Source: Syntrophales bacterium (lineage in GTDB: Bacteria > Desulfobacterota > Syntrophia > Syntrophales > UBA2210). Taken from it: a stretch of DNA of 64,000 nt. The notes beneath the pieces are model-generated. The model saw only the letters and a list, made by a program, of their open reading frames with translations, ran no database searches and was not told where the DNA came from. The position numbers were made by a program, and so were the translations under genes. The stretch is from contig CAXXKT010000001.1 in assembly GCA_963662405.2 (NCBI GenBank), positions 64,001 to 128,000 on the forward strand, read 5' to 3'. Positions 1 through 10,069 of the stretch are shown here, one piece after another; position 1 is the first letter of the stretch, and the number at the start of each line of letters is the position of its first letter.

Positions 1-160
1 ATCCCAGTCGTACCCATCTCTTGACCAGATACGTTTTCCCTGCGCCGGGGAGACCGGCCACGGCAACCACGACCCTCTCCTTGCGGCGAAGGACAGACCG
101 TATCTCCTGCAGCAACCTTTCCAGACCCCGGGGTCCCGTATACGTACCGATATCTTTCAT
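1..160 (-). CDS. Partial (runs off window) P-loop NTPase/kinase-like protein
   Basis: Manual translation from ATG at 160: MKDIGTYTGPRGLERLLQEIRSVLRRKERVVVAVAGLPGAGKTYLVKRW; Walker A GLPGAGKT; ATGA overlap with the upstream stop at 157-159. Confidence 0.7.
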   Translation of the reverse strand, partial: MKDIGTYTGPRGLERLLQEIRSVLRRKERVVVAVAGLPGAGKTYLVKRWVRLG

Positions 161-1248
161 GCACTCGCTTCGCTCGGCTTCTTGTCCCGTGCCGACAGGA
201 GGGCCCGAATCTTCGGTCCCAGGACCGCGATGACCTCTTCGGCGGAAAGCTCATCAAGACACCTGCTCGTGCCGGATCCGTCACACCCCTTCTTGCCACA
301 CGGCACACAGGGCCAGTCTTTTTGTATGACCTCGTGTCCCTCGCCCCACGGTCCCCACCGAAACCGACGCGACGGTCCGAAGATCGCCACGACAGGCGTC
401 CCAACCGCCGCAGCGACATGCATGGGACCGGAATCGATCCCCACGAACAACAGCGAGCGCGCGGTTATAACAGCCAATTGGTTCAGGGATAGCTGTCCTC
501 CGAGATCGGCAGGGGGACTGTCCGCGAGCCGGACTACCCGATCGCACAGTGAACGTTCCACGGGGTTATTCCCGCCGACGAGCACCGTCCTGATCCCGTA
601 TTGTTTTGACACATAATCACAGATCGCCGTGTAACCGCCGATCCGCCATGCCTTATGCCCATCCCGGGAACAGGGGTGAATCACCACAAAATCGTCGTTT
701 CGGGATATCCCCTTCTCCTCCAGGATACCCGCACACACATCATCTTCGAACCGGTCCAGGGAGAAGGTAATCTCTTTACCGGGAATTGACAATCCCAGTT
801 TTTTAACCATCTCGAGATGATGATCGACGATGTGCTGCACCCCCGGCGGGGTCACGACATCGGTATACAATAGATGACGGTCGATGACCTTTCTCTGCCT
901 CGTTGCGAACCCCAACCGCGTTTCCGCACCCGTCACAAATCCGTAAAAGGCCCCGCGGTCACTCCGGCTCAGATCCAGTACAAGGTCAAAACGTTGTTTT
1001 CGCAGCTCCGCAATCAGTTGCATCTGTCGAAGGACGCGGCGAATCGGGTTCGTGGCTCTCGGAAGCGTAAAAACCCTGTCGATAGACGGATTATGGCCAA
1101 GGACGGGGGCAGCATCCTCATGGACCAGAGCGGCGATATACGCATCGGGGTGGTGGTATCGGAGGGCCGCAAAGACCGGTGTCGTCAGGATCACATCACC
1201 GATATGACGCAGCTTGATAACGAGGATATTGTCTCTCTTCTCATACAT
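157..1248 (-). CDS. rfaQ: GT9 LPS heptosyltransferase (RfaQ/WaaQ-like)
   Basis: ILVIKLRHIGDVILTTP N-terminus; DSGPMHVAAAVGTP GT9 motif. Confidence 0.8.
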   Translation of the reverse strand: MYEKRDNILVIKLRHIGDVILTTPVFAALRYHHPDAYIAALVHEDAAPVLGHNPSIDRVFTLPRATNPIRRVLRQMQLIAELRKQRFDLVLDLSRSDRGAFYGFVTGAETRLGFATRQRKVIDRHLLYTDVVTPPGVQHIVDHHLEMVKKLGLSIPGKEITFSLDRFEDDVCAGILEEKGISRNDDFVVIHPCSRDGHKAWRIGGYTAICDYVSKQYGIRTVLVGGNNPVERSLCDRVVRLADSPPADLGGQLSLNQLAVITARSLLFVGIDSGPMHVAAAVGTPVVAIFGPSRRFRWGPWGEGHEVIQKDWPCVPCGKKGCDGSGTSRCLDELSAEEVIAVLGPKIRALLSARDKKPSEASA

Positions 1249-2395
1249 GCCGGGCCATTCCCATCACAATCTCATCATAGATATGGAATACTTTTTTCAT
1301 ATGCTCTTTCCACGAGAATGCAGTCAGGAGTTCAGAGTTATACCCCCTGAGGGAGGAACGACTTAATGCCAATCCCTTCAGGATCTTGGCCGCTATTTCT
1401 TGGGAATCAACCGGATCTTCCACTATGAATCCGTTTCGGCCTTCCGTGATCGCTTCCGACGCACCGTTGATCCGGGAGGTCACGATCGGCAGGCCCGATG
1501 CCATCGCCTCAAGACAGACATTGCTGAAGGGCTCATAGATAGTCGGGAAAACAAATAGATCGCTTGCGTTATAATATTGCTCCGGATGAACCACCGGTCC
1601 GACAAAATGGACCCTCTCTTCGATATCCAGTTTTCGGGCCAATGTCCGGTATGGTCGAAGACGATCTTTCCCGACCACGAGCAATCGAATGGTGGGATCG
1701 AGTTGAGAGAGCGCTTCCATGGTAGCACGAAGTCCCTTCCTTCGAAATCCGGACCCGACAAAGATCAGTACGGTGTCGGTTAATGGGATGAAAAGGGATT
1801 CCCTCAGCTGAATCCTTGACTCGTCATCATTATCAATCATATAGAGGCTCGGATCTACGGGGTTGTATATAACCCGTATCTTCTCCGATGGAACGCCGTA
1901 GTGATGCATGATCTCCCGTTTCCCCCGCTCGGAGTTGGCGATGACCACCCGGCAGTTGCCCTCCGCAAATATCCTTTTTTCTATCGAGAGCAGGGCGATA
2001 TGGAGGGGATTCAGCCGATTGATAATCCGTTTCGGCCAAGGATCGATCTTTTCTCTCTGCACGAGCCACTCACGGTGGCATCCGTCGCCCGCGCGATAGA
2101 CATCCTGGCAGGTGGTGCGTTCAAAACTGTGTATGATATCGAATCGTTCCTGCTTCAACAACCGACGCGCATTAACGGCGAACGAAATCACTTCGAGGAC
2201 GGAGAGGCCCGAGATCACCGGGACCGGGTGAAAGACGACTCCCCCGCCTTCCGATTCATCCGGCCGTCCCCTCCATTCATGAGCGAAAACGTGCACTTCG
2301 TGTCCCGCTTCGAGAAGATGCCCGGCGAGAGCCGCCGTATAACGCTCTGCGCCGCCGAAGTCGGTATATCGTTGTCTGACCATCGCGATCTTCAT
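1241..2395 (-). CDS. GT4 glycosyltransferase (WaaG-like LPS core)
   Basis: FGGAERY N-terminus; EPFSNVCLEAMASGLP GT4 motif. Confidence 0.85.
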   Translation of the reverse strand: MKIAMVRQRYTDFGGAERYTAALAGHLLEAGHEVHVFAHEWRGRPDESEGGGVVFHPVPVISGLSVLEVISFAVNARRLLKQERFDIIHSFERTTCQDVYRAGDGCHREWLVQREKIDPWPKRIINRLNPLHIALLSIEKRIFAEGNCRVVIANSERGKREIMHHYGVPSEKIRVIYNPVDPSLYMIDNDDESRIQLRESLFIPLTDTVLIFVGSGFRRKGLRATMEALSQLDPTIRLLVVGKDRLRPYRTLARKLDIEERVHFVGPVVHPEQYYNASDLFVFPTIYEPFSNVCLEAMASGLPIVTSRINGASEAITEGRNGFIVEDPVDSQEIAAKILKGLALSRSSLRGYNSELLTAFSWKEHMKKVFHIYDEIVMGMARHV

Positions 2396-3162
2396 AGCTC
2401 AGCATCCTGCAGTTCGCGGAGTTTGATATATTTCAGAAAGGTGTAGAATGCGTAGAGACCGGAAAGGATGAAGCCGTAATACCCCTCAAGAAAACCACCA
2501 CGAATCACGTACATGTTGATGAAGGTATAGAGGGGGCGAAAGAGGATGTGGTGGACACCGTATCTCCTCTGCTCCTTTAACAGCTCCTGCGCCGCGAGGG
2601 TGGAATACCGGTCGAGTCGCTCCATAAAATCACCCAGTGACGTATAGGTGTGATGCTCCATCGGACAGGCAAGACGTCCGGCACCTCCGTCAAGCTCTAT
2701 CGCTTCGTGCACTTCCCGTATCCCGAATCGGCCCTTTCCCCTCTTGAAAAGCCGTAAGGTGTGATCGGGGTACCACCCGCATCGTCTGATCCATCGCCCC
2801 AGAAAAAAATTTTTCCTCGCTATGAAATACCCGTTCTCCGGATAATCGCTCCCGAGAACGGTGATGATTTCCTCTCGTAATTGAGGGGTCACCCTCTCAT
2901 CGGCATCAAGGCTCAATATCCACCCTCTCGTCGCCTTCTCGATGGCACTGTTCTTCTGACGGGCGAAGCCTTTCCACGGTTCTCGGTAAAAATCGACCCC
3001 GAATCGGCTGCATATCTCCTCTGTTCGGTCAACACTGTCCGAGTCAACGACAATAATCTCATCGGCCCACCGGACGCTTTCGAGACACTCCCCGATATTG
3101 TTTTCTTCATTATGGGTAATAATAACAACGGATAGATCCGTTGAACGATTTTTGTCGATCAT
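2392..3162 (-). CDS. GT2 glycosyltransferase (KdtX/WaaE-like)
   Basis: SVVIITHNEE, VVDSDSVD, LDADER motifs. Confidence 0.85.
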   Translation of the reverse strand: MIDKNRSTDLSVVIITHNEENNIGECLESVRWADEIIVVDSDSVDRTEEICSRFGVDFYREPWKGFARQKNSAIEKATRGWILSLDADERVTPQLREEIITVLGSDYPENGYFIARKNFFLGRWIRRCGWYPDHTLRLFKRGKGRFGIREVHEAIELDGGAGRLACPMEHHTYTSLGDFMERLDRYSTLAAQELLKEQRRYGVHHILFRPLYTFINMYVIRGGFLEGYYGFILSGLYAFYTFLKYIKLRELQDAEL

Positions 3163-3314
3163 CTCTGTATCACCGTTTACAGTGCGTCAGGATTGCGGTC
3201 TGAAAAACACCTGGTAATGCGGGCAAGGCCGGTTCGAACCGCCATTGATACTGATCGACTGCTGCCGCCCTATCGCAAAACCAACCGAATATGGCCGCGG
3301 GTATAACCCTGATT

Positions 3315-4583
3315 TCAAGATTGATTATACCCTCTCTCCTTTTCCTGCGCCAGTTTCCATAAAATGGTTATCATGGCAAGTAATATATATACATTCCAAC
3401 CGGCGGCGCCATGAAGGATAGAACCGAAAAACCCCGCGATCAACATCCCCGTCAGTGAAGCCAGGAGGTACGCCCCCCATCTCATGACGGCCGGATCACG
3501 GCAATTCATGATCATCCGATTGAGCTGTAAGGCCTTGAGTATGATAAGCCCGAAGAGGATGAGACCGACGAGTCCCAGACGCACGACGAGATCAAAGACG
3601 AAGCCATGGGGAGAAGACGCGGGCTCAGGGCTCTGCAACCGTTCAGGCACTTTGGGATTGTATTTGGTCCACATATGTTTTTCAAAGGTCTTGCCTCCGA
3701 ACCCGACTCCGGCAATCGGATGATCCTTACATATTTCCACACAGGTATAATAAATCCCGATTCTCGGGTCTTTGCAAAGCGCCTCCGGCCTGAGAAGCTT
3801 CAGGTGGGGAGAGCACAGGTATCCCCCCCCGACGATCAACGACAAGGCCACGAGCGCGGGGATGATCCACCTCCTGTAGACCTTGTTTGCAAGAAGCAAG
3901 ACAAGGGCGGAGATGACGAGGGCAATCAAGGCGGCTCGCGAGTATGACAGGAGCATCGCCGTCAATGTCCCGGCGAAACAGACGAAAAGAAGGACCCTGA
4001 GAGGCCATCGTTTCTCCCATGTAAGGAAAAAGAAAGACAGAAATGCACAAAAAAGATTGAGGATAGCACTTGAATTAACCGGAGCACCGGTTGAATGAAT
4101 CAGTCGTTGATTGAGAGGAATGTCCATCACGATATAAAAATGCACTATACCCCTGAGAGCGAAGATGGATGTGGAAACGATAAGAATCCACGTGAGGATA
4201 ATCAGCTTTTTTTCCGAACTGAAATAATTGACTATCACATAATATATCACGACACATTTGATCACATGGGCGTACACATCATGGATAGTGTTCGGCACAT
4301 CAATCGCCCAGAAGGTACTCGCACCGGCCCAGAGGACAAAAAGGGCAAAGGGGACTGTCAAGGGAGAGCGCAATGAAAACGCAGATCTTCCGGAAGCAAT
4401 GAGAGCGATAATAGTTATAACGATAACATAGAAAGATATTTCTTTGATGGCGGTCGTGTGCGGGAAGGGGTTAAAGAATACCATCACCCCTGCCAGCACA
4501 AAGACAAATTGATCGAGGAATGCACCTGCTCCCCTTTGGAACACACGATTTGTAATGAATTTGTTTCTAAGAGTATTCATCAT
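3315..4583 (-). CDS. O-antigen ligase family membrane protein
   Basis: Many TM segments; SYSRAA and GVGFG...PHG motifs of the WaaL/Wzy_C family; LPS context. Confidence 0.75.
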   Translation of the reverse strand: MMNTLRNKFITNRVFQRGAGAFLDQFVFVLAGVMVFFNPFPHTTAIKEISFYVIVITIIALIASGRSAFSLRSPLTVPFALFVLWAGASTFWAIDVPNTIHDVYAHVIKCVVIYYVIVNYFSSEKKLIILTWILIVSTSIFALRGIVHFYIVMDIPLNQRLIHSTGAPVNSSAILNLFCAFLSFFFLTWEKRWPLRVLLFVCFAGTLTAMLLSYSRAALIALVISALVLLLANKVYRRWIIPALVALSLIVGGGYLCSPHLKLLRPEALCKDPRIGIYYTCVEICKDHPIAGVGFGGKTFEKHMWTKYNPKVPERLQSPEPASSPHGFVFDLVVRLGLVGLILFGLIILKALQLNRMIMNCRDPAVMRWGAYLLASLTGMLIAGFFGSILHGAAGWNVYILLAMITILWKLAQEKERGYNQS

Positions 4584-4763
4584 TTATCAGCCAAAAACAC
4601 AGGCCATTGAAATTACCGATGGGATATTCCCCGTAATTCTTCTCAAATATCTTTCATGATCGTGGCAACGACAGCAAAGAACTCATCAAACCATCTAATG
4701 GAATCTTCGAGTTTTTATATAAATCGCTCTTCCGAATCATGAAACGGGCTTCAACCTCACCCG

Positions 4764-5759
4764 TCACTGAATACCGTACAAAACATGTCCGTTGACCCTT
4801 GACTCTACAGCTGCCCCCTCACGCCTCAATTCAACGAGGTGGACATATGTTTCATTCAGGGCGAGGAACCTGTCGAATCCGGGCAGGTCCACCCCAAAGA
4901 TCTCCCCGGATACCTGCAATGCCGTCTTGCCTTCCCGAGTCAGGGATGAGCGGATGTTTCGTTTTTTCTCTTCGTGATGTCTTCTGATCTCTGCGACTAT
5001 CGGTTTCAGGTCTGAAAAGGGGGCCCCGTGGGACGGCAGGACACGGGAAACCGGCAGATCCTCTATGCACGTCAAGGAATCAAGCATGGCCTGGGCGGGG
5101 CGGAATTCGGGACAGAACAGATCCGGGCGGAGATTGAAGACGCTATCAGGCAAGATATGATCACCGGAGAGAAGGATCCCTTCCTTTCGGAAGAAATAAC
5201 AGACATGGTCTCGGGCGTGGCCGGGACTCGGGATAACCTCTACCGTTGTATGGCCGAACTGATACACCTTTCCAAAATCCAGAAATTCGTCGACCTGAAA
5301 GGGCGTGGTCGCCTTTCGAAAATATCTGAGAAAGATCACATAGGAGTCCACCGTTTCTTCGGCAATTCCCTGTCGCGTATAGAATTTCTTTACCGTATCC
5401 GCCACGATCCGCTGATCGTGATTATCGTCCAGGATCTGAGTACCGATCTCGGACATGTGGATCGTCGCGCCGGATATCTCCTTGATCGTTCCCGCCAGAC
5501 CGCAGTGATCGGCGTGATAGTGGGTGATAAAGATATGTCCTATATTGCGGACCGACCGGCCGATCTCCCGCAAGGCCTCTTCAAACCGCGCAAACGTCCC
5601 CCCCAGATTCAACCCCGTATCAAAGAGGATCACACTCTCCCCATCGACAAGCACGACGATATTGACGGGCCGGAGGCGAAAGGGCATGGGGAGGGTAATC
5701 AGATACAGAGTATCAGTAATCTTTTCAACTGATGCTGACGGGTCCCGAGCGATCGGCAT
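4764..5759 (-). CDS. Metallo-beta-lactamase-fold hydrolase
   Basis: THYHADHCG, PGHARDH, SGDH, PSHG metal motifs. Confidence 0.85.
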   Translation of the reverse strand: MPIARDPSASVEKITDTLYLITLPMPFRLRPVNIVVLVDGESVILFDTGLNLGGTFARFEEALREIGRSVRNIGHIFITHYHADHCGLAGTIKEISGATIHMSEIGTQILDDNHDQRIVADTVKKFYTRQGIAEETVDSYVIFLRYFRKATTPFQVDEFLDFGKVYQFGHTTVEVIPSPGHARDHVCYFFRKEGILLSGDHILPDSVFNLRPDLFCPEFRPAQAMLDSLTCIEDLPVSRVLPSHGAPFSDLKPIVAEIRRHHEEKKRNIRSSLTREGKTALQVSGEIFGVDLPGFDRFLALNETYVHLVELRREGAAVESRVNGHVLYGIQ

Positions 5760-7486
5760 TACAGGTTCGTCCCTTTGAACTGCATATTGTGGAGCCTCGC
5801 ATACTCGCCTCCCTGCGCCATCAGGGTATCATGGTTCCCCTCCTCAACGATTTCCCCGTCAGCCAGGACAACGATCCGATCGGCATGACTGATCGTCGAG
5901 AGCCGATGGGCGATGACCAGGGTTGTTCTTCCTTTCATGAGGTTTTCAAGGGCCCCCTGTACCTCCATCTCCGATTCCGTATCGAGGGAAGACGTGGCTT
6001 CATCGAGGATCAGAATGGGTGCATCCTTCAAGAGTGCCCGCGCAATGGAAAGGCGTTGTTTTTCACCCCCCGATAGACGCGCTCCCTGCTCCCCGATGAT
6101 CGTATCGAATCCCTTCGGCAGGTTCCGGATAAACTGATAGGCATTGGCCGACCGGGCGGCCCGGATGATTTCCTCTTCACTCTTCCGTATATCGCCATAA
6201 GCAATATTGTTCCTGACCGTGTCATTGAACAGTATCGTCTGCTGTGTCACGATCCCGATCTGTCCTCGAAGCGACTCGATGGTCACATCCCGTATGTCAT
6301 GACCGTCGATCAGGATCCGCCCTTCGGTCACATCATAGAACCGCGGTATCAGATTCACCAGGGTCGTCTTTCCTCCCCCGCTCATACCGACAAAGGCCAC
6401 CACCTCACCGACCCTGACTTCAAGATTGATATTTTTGAGAACCGGTTCATCACCATAACTGAAGGTGACCTTTTTGATTTCGATCCCCCGTGAAATCCGC
6501 GACAGCGGCAGGGCATTCTCATCGTTACGTATCGTCGGCGTCATATCCATGATCGCGAACACCCTGGTGGTTGCGGCGATCCCCTTCTGGATCGTGTTGT
6601 TGACGTTGGTAAGCCTCTTGACCGGTTCATAGAGCATAATCAGGGCGGCGAGGAAGGAAAAGAAGGTGCCCGGCGTAGAGATACCGTTGATGACTTGATA
6701 TCCCCCGTAAAAGATGATCGCGGCGATTCCCAGGCCACCCAGAAATTCCATGAAGGGGGAGGACAGGGCCCGGATGGATACCGACTTCATATACAGTCTG
6801 AAAAGCTTTTCGTTCTCTTTTGAAAATCTCCTCCCCTCATATCCCTCCATCCCGAAGGCCTTGACGATCCGCGTCCCCGATATCGTCTCCTGCAGCAGAC
6901 TGGACAGGCTCCCCATGGTCACCTGGGTCCCGGTGGCCACCTTCCTCATTTTCTCACCGAATTTGGCGATGGGATAGATGGTCAGAGGAAAGACAAAGGC
7001 GGCAATGATAGCCAATTTCCAGTCACGATAGAAGATGACGAAGATGAGACCGATGAGCGTGAAGGAATCCTTGAAGAGACTCGATACGGCTTCCGAAACG
7101 GCCCCCTGGATCTGGTTCACATCGTTTGTGATGCGTGACATCAGTATCCCCGTCGGGTGCTTGCCGAAAAAGGAGAGGGCCTGCTTCTGGATGTGGTTGT
7201 ACAGGTCACTCCTCAAATCGGTGATGACCCGCTGGCCGATAAAGTTCATCAGGACCGTCTGCCCGTAGCTGCAGGCACCTTTGATAAAATACACGGCAAT
7301 GATGACGACCGGGATCCACTTCAGTTTGCTGCTATCTTTCGCGAGGAAGATCCCGTCCAGAGCGGGCTTGACCAGAAAGGCCAGTGCGGATGTCGTAGCT
7401 CCCACGGCGAGCATGCACACCATGGCACCGAGAAATTTCGGTATATGCGGCTTCGCCAGCCGTAAGATACGCTTGAATTCGTTCAT
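5759..7486 (-). CDS. msbA: Lipid A export ABC transporter MsbA
   Basis: TM domain plus GMSGGGKT, LSGGEKQR, ILDEAT; lipid A locus. Confidence 0.9.
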   Translation of the reverse strand: MNEFKRILRLAKPHIPKFLGAMVCMLAVGATTSALAFLVKPALDGIFLAKDSSKLKWIPVVIIAVYFIKGACSYGQTVLMNFIGQRVITDLRSDLYNHIQKQALSFFGKHPTGILMSRITNDVNQIQGAVSEAVSSLFKDSFTLIGLIFVIFYRDWKLAIIAAFVFPLTIYPIAKFGEKMRKVATGTQVTMGSLSSLLQETISGTRIVKAFGMEGYEGRRFSKENEKLFRLYMKSVSIRALSSPFMEFLGGLGIAAIIFYGGYQVINGISTPGTFFSFLAALIMLYEPVKRLTNVNNTIQKGIAATTRVFAIMDMTPTIRNDENALPLSRISRGIEIKKVTFSYGDEPVLKNINLEVRVGEVVAFVGMSGGGKTTLVNLIPRFYDVTEGRILIDGHDIRDVTIESLRGQIGIVTQQTILFNDTVRNNIAYGDIRKSEEEIIRAARSANAYQFIRNLPKGFDTIIGEQGARLSGGEKQRLSIARALLKDAPILILDEATSSLDTESEMEVQGALENLMKGRTTLVIAHRLSTISHADRIVVLADGEIVEEGNHDTLMAQGGEYARLHNMQFKGTNL

Positions 7487-7577
7487 ATCTGTTCTCTACT
7501 GATGGTCGTTCCGGTCGTCTGCATGGACCGTCCCGACGCTTTCTCCGACTTAGTGAAAGACGGCCCGGATACGCCGC

Positions 7578-7748
7578 TCATTCCAGCGGCCTTGCCTCCT
7601 CGACGAGCATGATGGGGATACCATCCCGGATCTCATAGAAAAGCCTGCACGCGTCACAGATCAGCCCCGTCTCGTCTCCCGCCAGGCGAATAGCCCCTTT
7701 ACACCGCGGGCAGACAAGGATATCCAATAATTCCTCATCCATCTTCAT
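7578..7748 (-). CDS. Trm112/YcaR-like small Zn-ribbon protein (56 aa, not in ORF track)
   Basis: MKMDEELLDILVCPRCKG...LICDACRLFYEIRDGIPIMLVEEARPLE. Confidence 0.85.
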   Translation of the reverse strand: MKMDEELLDILVCPRCKGAIRLAGDETGLICDACRLFYEIRDGIPIMLVEEARPLE

Positions 7749-7837
7749 TATCGATCCCTCCTGTTCGCACGGGAGTCTCCACGCACGTGGCCTCTATACC
7801 ACTCACCGTGTGCCATGTAAACCTCAACGCCCGATCC

Positions 7838-8439
7838 CTAAAAAAATACCGAATAGCCGACCACTCCGACACAGGAATTGATCCCTCCGTTGGGCAACTT
7901 CAGACCGGCATTCGAGAGATGCCTCCCCCGAAATTCCAGATCTATTGCCGACCGCTCCGTAATCAAGATCGAAAGTCCCACACCGGCCATATCGGAGAAG
8001 AGAAACCCGTCTGCCTGTTTTTCGTCTGTAAAGACATCCACTGGGGGCCGACGGAGACCATGCAATAGGCCGATACCCTCTCCGTGATATGGTGTCTGTA
8101 TTTCAGCCCGCATCCGATCCCGAATTCGACGTTGGTCGCGGGGGAGAAAGAAGGATTGACCTGCGGTTCCAGGAACAGGGAGAGGGTGTCTCGCTTGGCT
8201 TCCGGTTCTCGCGAAGAAAATTGTTTCAGCTTGAATCCGATGTGCCATACCATGAGCAAGGGGCGGTATTTCCCTTCCGGAATATTCCCGACTCCATAGC
8301 CGGCCATAACCCCCGTCTCAAATAGAGGGCACGCAGTTTGGCCGGTACCGGTATCGGCATTCGCCGGGATTACAGGCGCCACAACGGCCACAAGGATCAC
8401 CAGCGCGCACACGACCTTCCAGATCTTTTTGAATCTCAT
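7838..8439 (-). pseudogene. PagL-like lipid A 3-O-deacylase / acyloxyacyl hydrolase, split by a 1-nt frameshift near 8018-8022
   Basis: Signal peptide and N-half in ORF 7963..8439; C-half in another frame (7838..8248) with RHLSNAGLKLPNGGIN and terminal Phe. Confidence 0.7.
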
Positions 8440-9479
8440 GATATCGTTTCTTTCATCCTGTGCCGCACCGCATCAAATGTATCCCCCACGGAGATGTCCT
8501 TCATGCACTGCTTCGTAACGCACCGCTTCATGAAACAGGGGCTGCAGGGCAAACCGGCACGGACAACGGTGTGTCCCGTTCCATATGGCCCTGTTCGCGC
8601 GGGATCGGTCGGGCCGAAGAGGGCCACCGTCGGCGTACCGATGGCGGCCGCCACATGCATGGGCCCGCTGTCGGTCGTGACGACGAGGGCCGCTCGTTCA
8701 TACAGATAGGCCAGGTCCCTCAGGGAGGTCCTCCCCGTCATATCCGCCGAGGGATGGTGCATGAGCGACCGAATGTGTTTCACTGTTTGATCGGCGTGTC
8801 CTCCGGTAAAGACCACTCTCCGTTTCAATTCTCCAACGATCCGGTCACACAGCTCTGCAAATTTTTCGTCTTCCCACATCTTCGTATCCCAGAGGGCCAC
8901 CGGATTGATTGCGACGAATCGATCTTCCGCCTTGATCCCATCTTTCTCCAGAAGCCGCTCGACCCGTTTCCGGTGTTCTTCTTCAATGTGAATATGGAAC
9001 TCCGGGGTCTCCGTATCCGCCCCGAGGTAATCCGCGATATCGAGATACCGGTCCACGGCATGCTTGTCCATATCCTCGAAGACCTTCTCGTTCAGGAAAA
9101 GGCCTGACAGTTCCTGCATACTGTCGTACCCGATCTTGCGCCTCCCCCTGCTCAGGAAGACAAGGATGGAACTCTTGAAGAGCCCGTGGAAATCGACAAC
9201 GAGATCATAGGCCCTGTCTCTGAGAGCCATCACGAAGAGACGGATCTCCCGGACCGTCCTGCGCACATCGCGCCGTGCCTTCAGATCGCTGAACCAGCGT
9301 TTCCTCCGGGATATGATGATTCGGTCGAGGCAGGGGTGTCCCGCGATGATATCCGATGCACCTTCTTCTATCACCCACGTGATGTGGGCGGCAGGGTAGC
9401 GCCTTCTGATTGCCGCCAGTGAGGGGATGGTGTGCACCACATCGCCGATGGCGCTCAGTTTTATGATGAGGATATTCAA
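8436..9479 (-). CDS. GT9 heptosyltransferase (WaaC/WaaF-like)
   Basis: Probable TTG start overlapping the gmhB stop; NILIIKLSAIGDVVH; DSGPMHVAAA. Confidence 0.85.
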   Translation of the reverse strand: MNILIIKLSAIGDVVHTIPSLAAIRRRYPAAHITWVIEEGASDIIAGHPCLDRIIISRRKRWFSDLKARRDVRRTVREIRLFVMALRDRAYDLVVDFHGLFKSSILVFLSRGRRKIGYDSMQELSGLFLNEKVFEDMDKHAVDRYLDIADYLGADTETPEFHIHIEEEHRKRVERLLEKDGIKAEDRFVAINPVALWDTKMWEDEKFAELCDRIVGELKRRVVFTGGHADQTVKHIRSLMHHPSADMTGRTSLRDLAYLYERAALVVTTDSGPMHVAAAIGTPTVALFGPTDPARTGPYGTGHTVVRAGLPCSPCFMKRCVTKQCMKDISVGDTFDAVRHRMKETIS

Positions 9480-10069
9480 CGGCCCGCATCCTCCGTTATC
9501 CAGCGCGCTGCATCCAGGATATCGTCCGCCACATATGCCGGCTGTATTTCGGAAACAACCATATCCTTCCCGTAGCCCGTTCTGACCAGTATCCCTACGG
9601 CCCCGCACCGCCGTGCCAGTTCGATGTCCCTTGCCGTGTCACCCACCACATACGAGGCGGAGAGGTCGATATTCAGCTCCCCCGAGGCCCGCAGGAGCAT
9701 GCCGGGTTTGGGCTTCCGACAGTCACATACCATGCGGTAGGGCCCGCCCCCCTCGGTGGGATGATGGGGGCAATAGTAGAAACAGTCGATAACGGCACCC
9801 TGCTCCCGGAAAAGCTCCCGTATCCGTTCATGGACCGCATCGACAAACCCCTCGTCGAACAATCCCCGCGCCACCCCCGACTGGTTCGTGACCACCACGA
9901 CCTTCATCCTCGCCTCATTGATGGCCCTGACGGCATCGAATGCCCCGGGGAATATGTGCAGCTTATCAAGGCTGTCAAGATACCCGACCTCTTCATTGAT
10001 GGTCCCGTCCCTGTCCAAGAATACCGCAGCGTTCTTTGTGTCCATCCTTTTCATCCCTTCGGCGGTCAT
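9476..10069 (-). CDS. gmhB: D-glycero-D-manno-heptose-1,7-bisphosphate phosphatase
   Basis: FLDRDGTI, TNQSG, CPHHP...CDCRKPKPG. Confidence 0.93.
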   Translation of the reverse strand: MTAEGMKRMDTKNAAVFLDRDGTINEEVGYLDSLDKLHIFPGAFDAVRAINEARMKVVVVTNQSGVARGLFDEGFVDAVHERIRELFREQGAVIDCFYYCPHHPTEGGGPYRMVCDCRKPKPGMLLRASGELNIDLSASYVVGDTARDIELARRCGAVGILVRTGYGKDMVVSEIQPAYVADDILDAARWITEDAGR

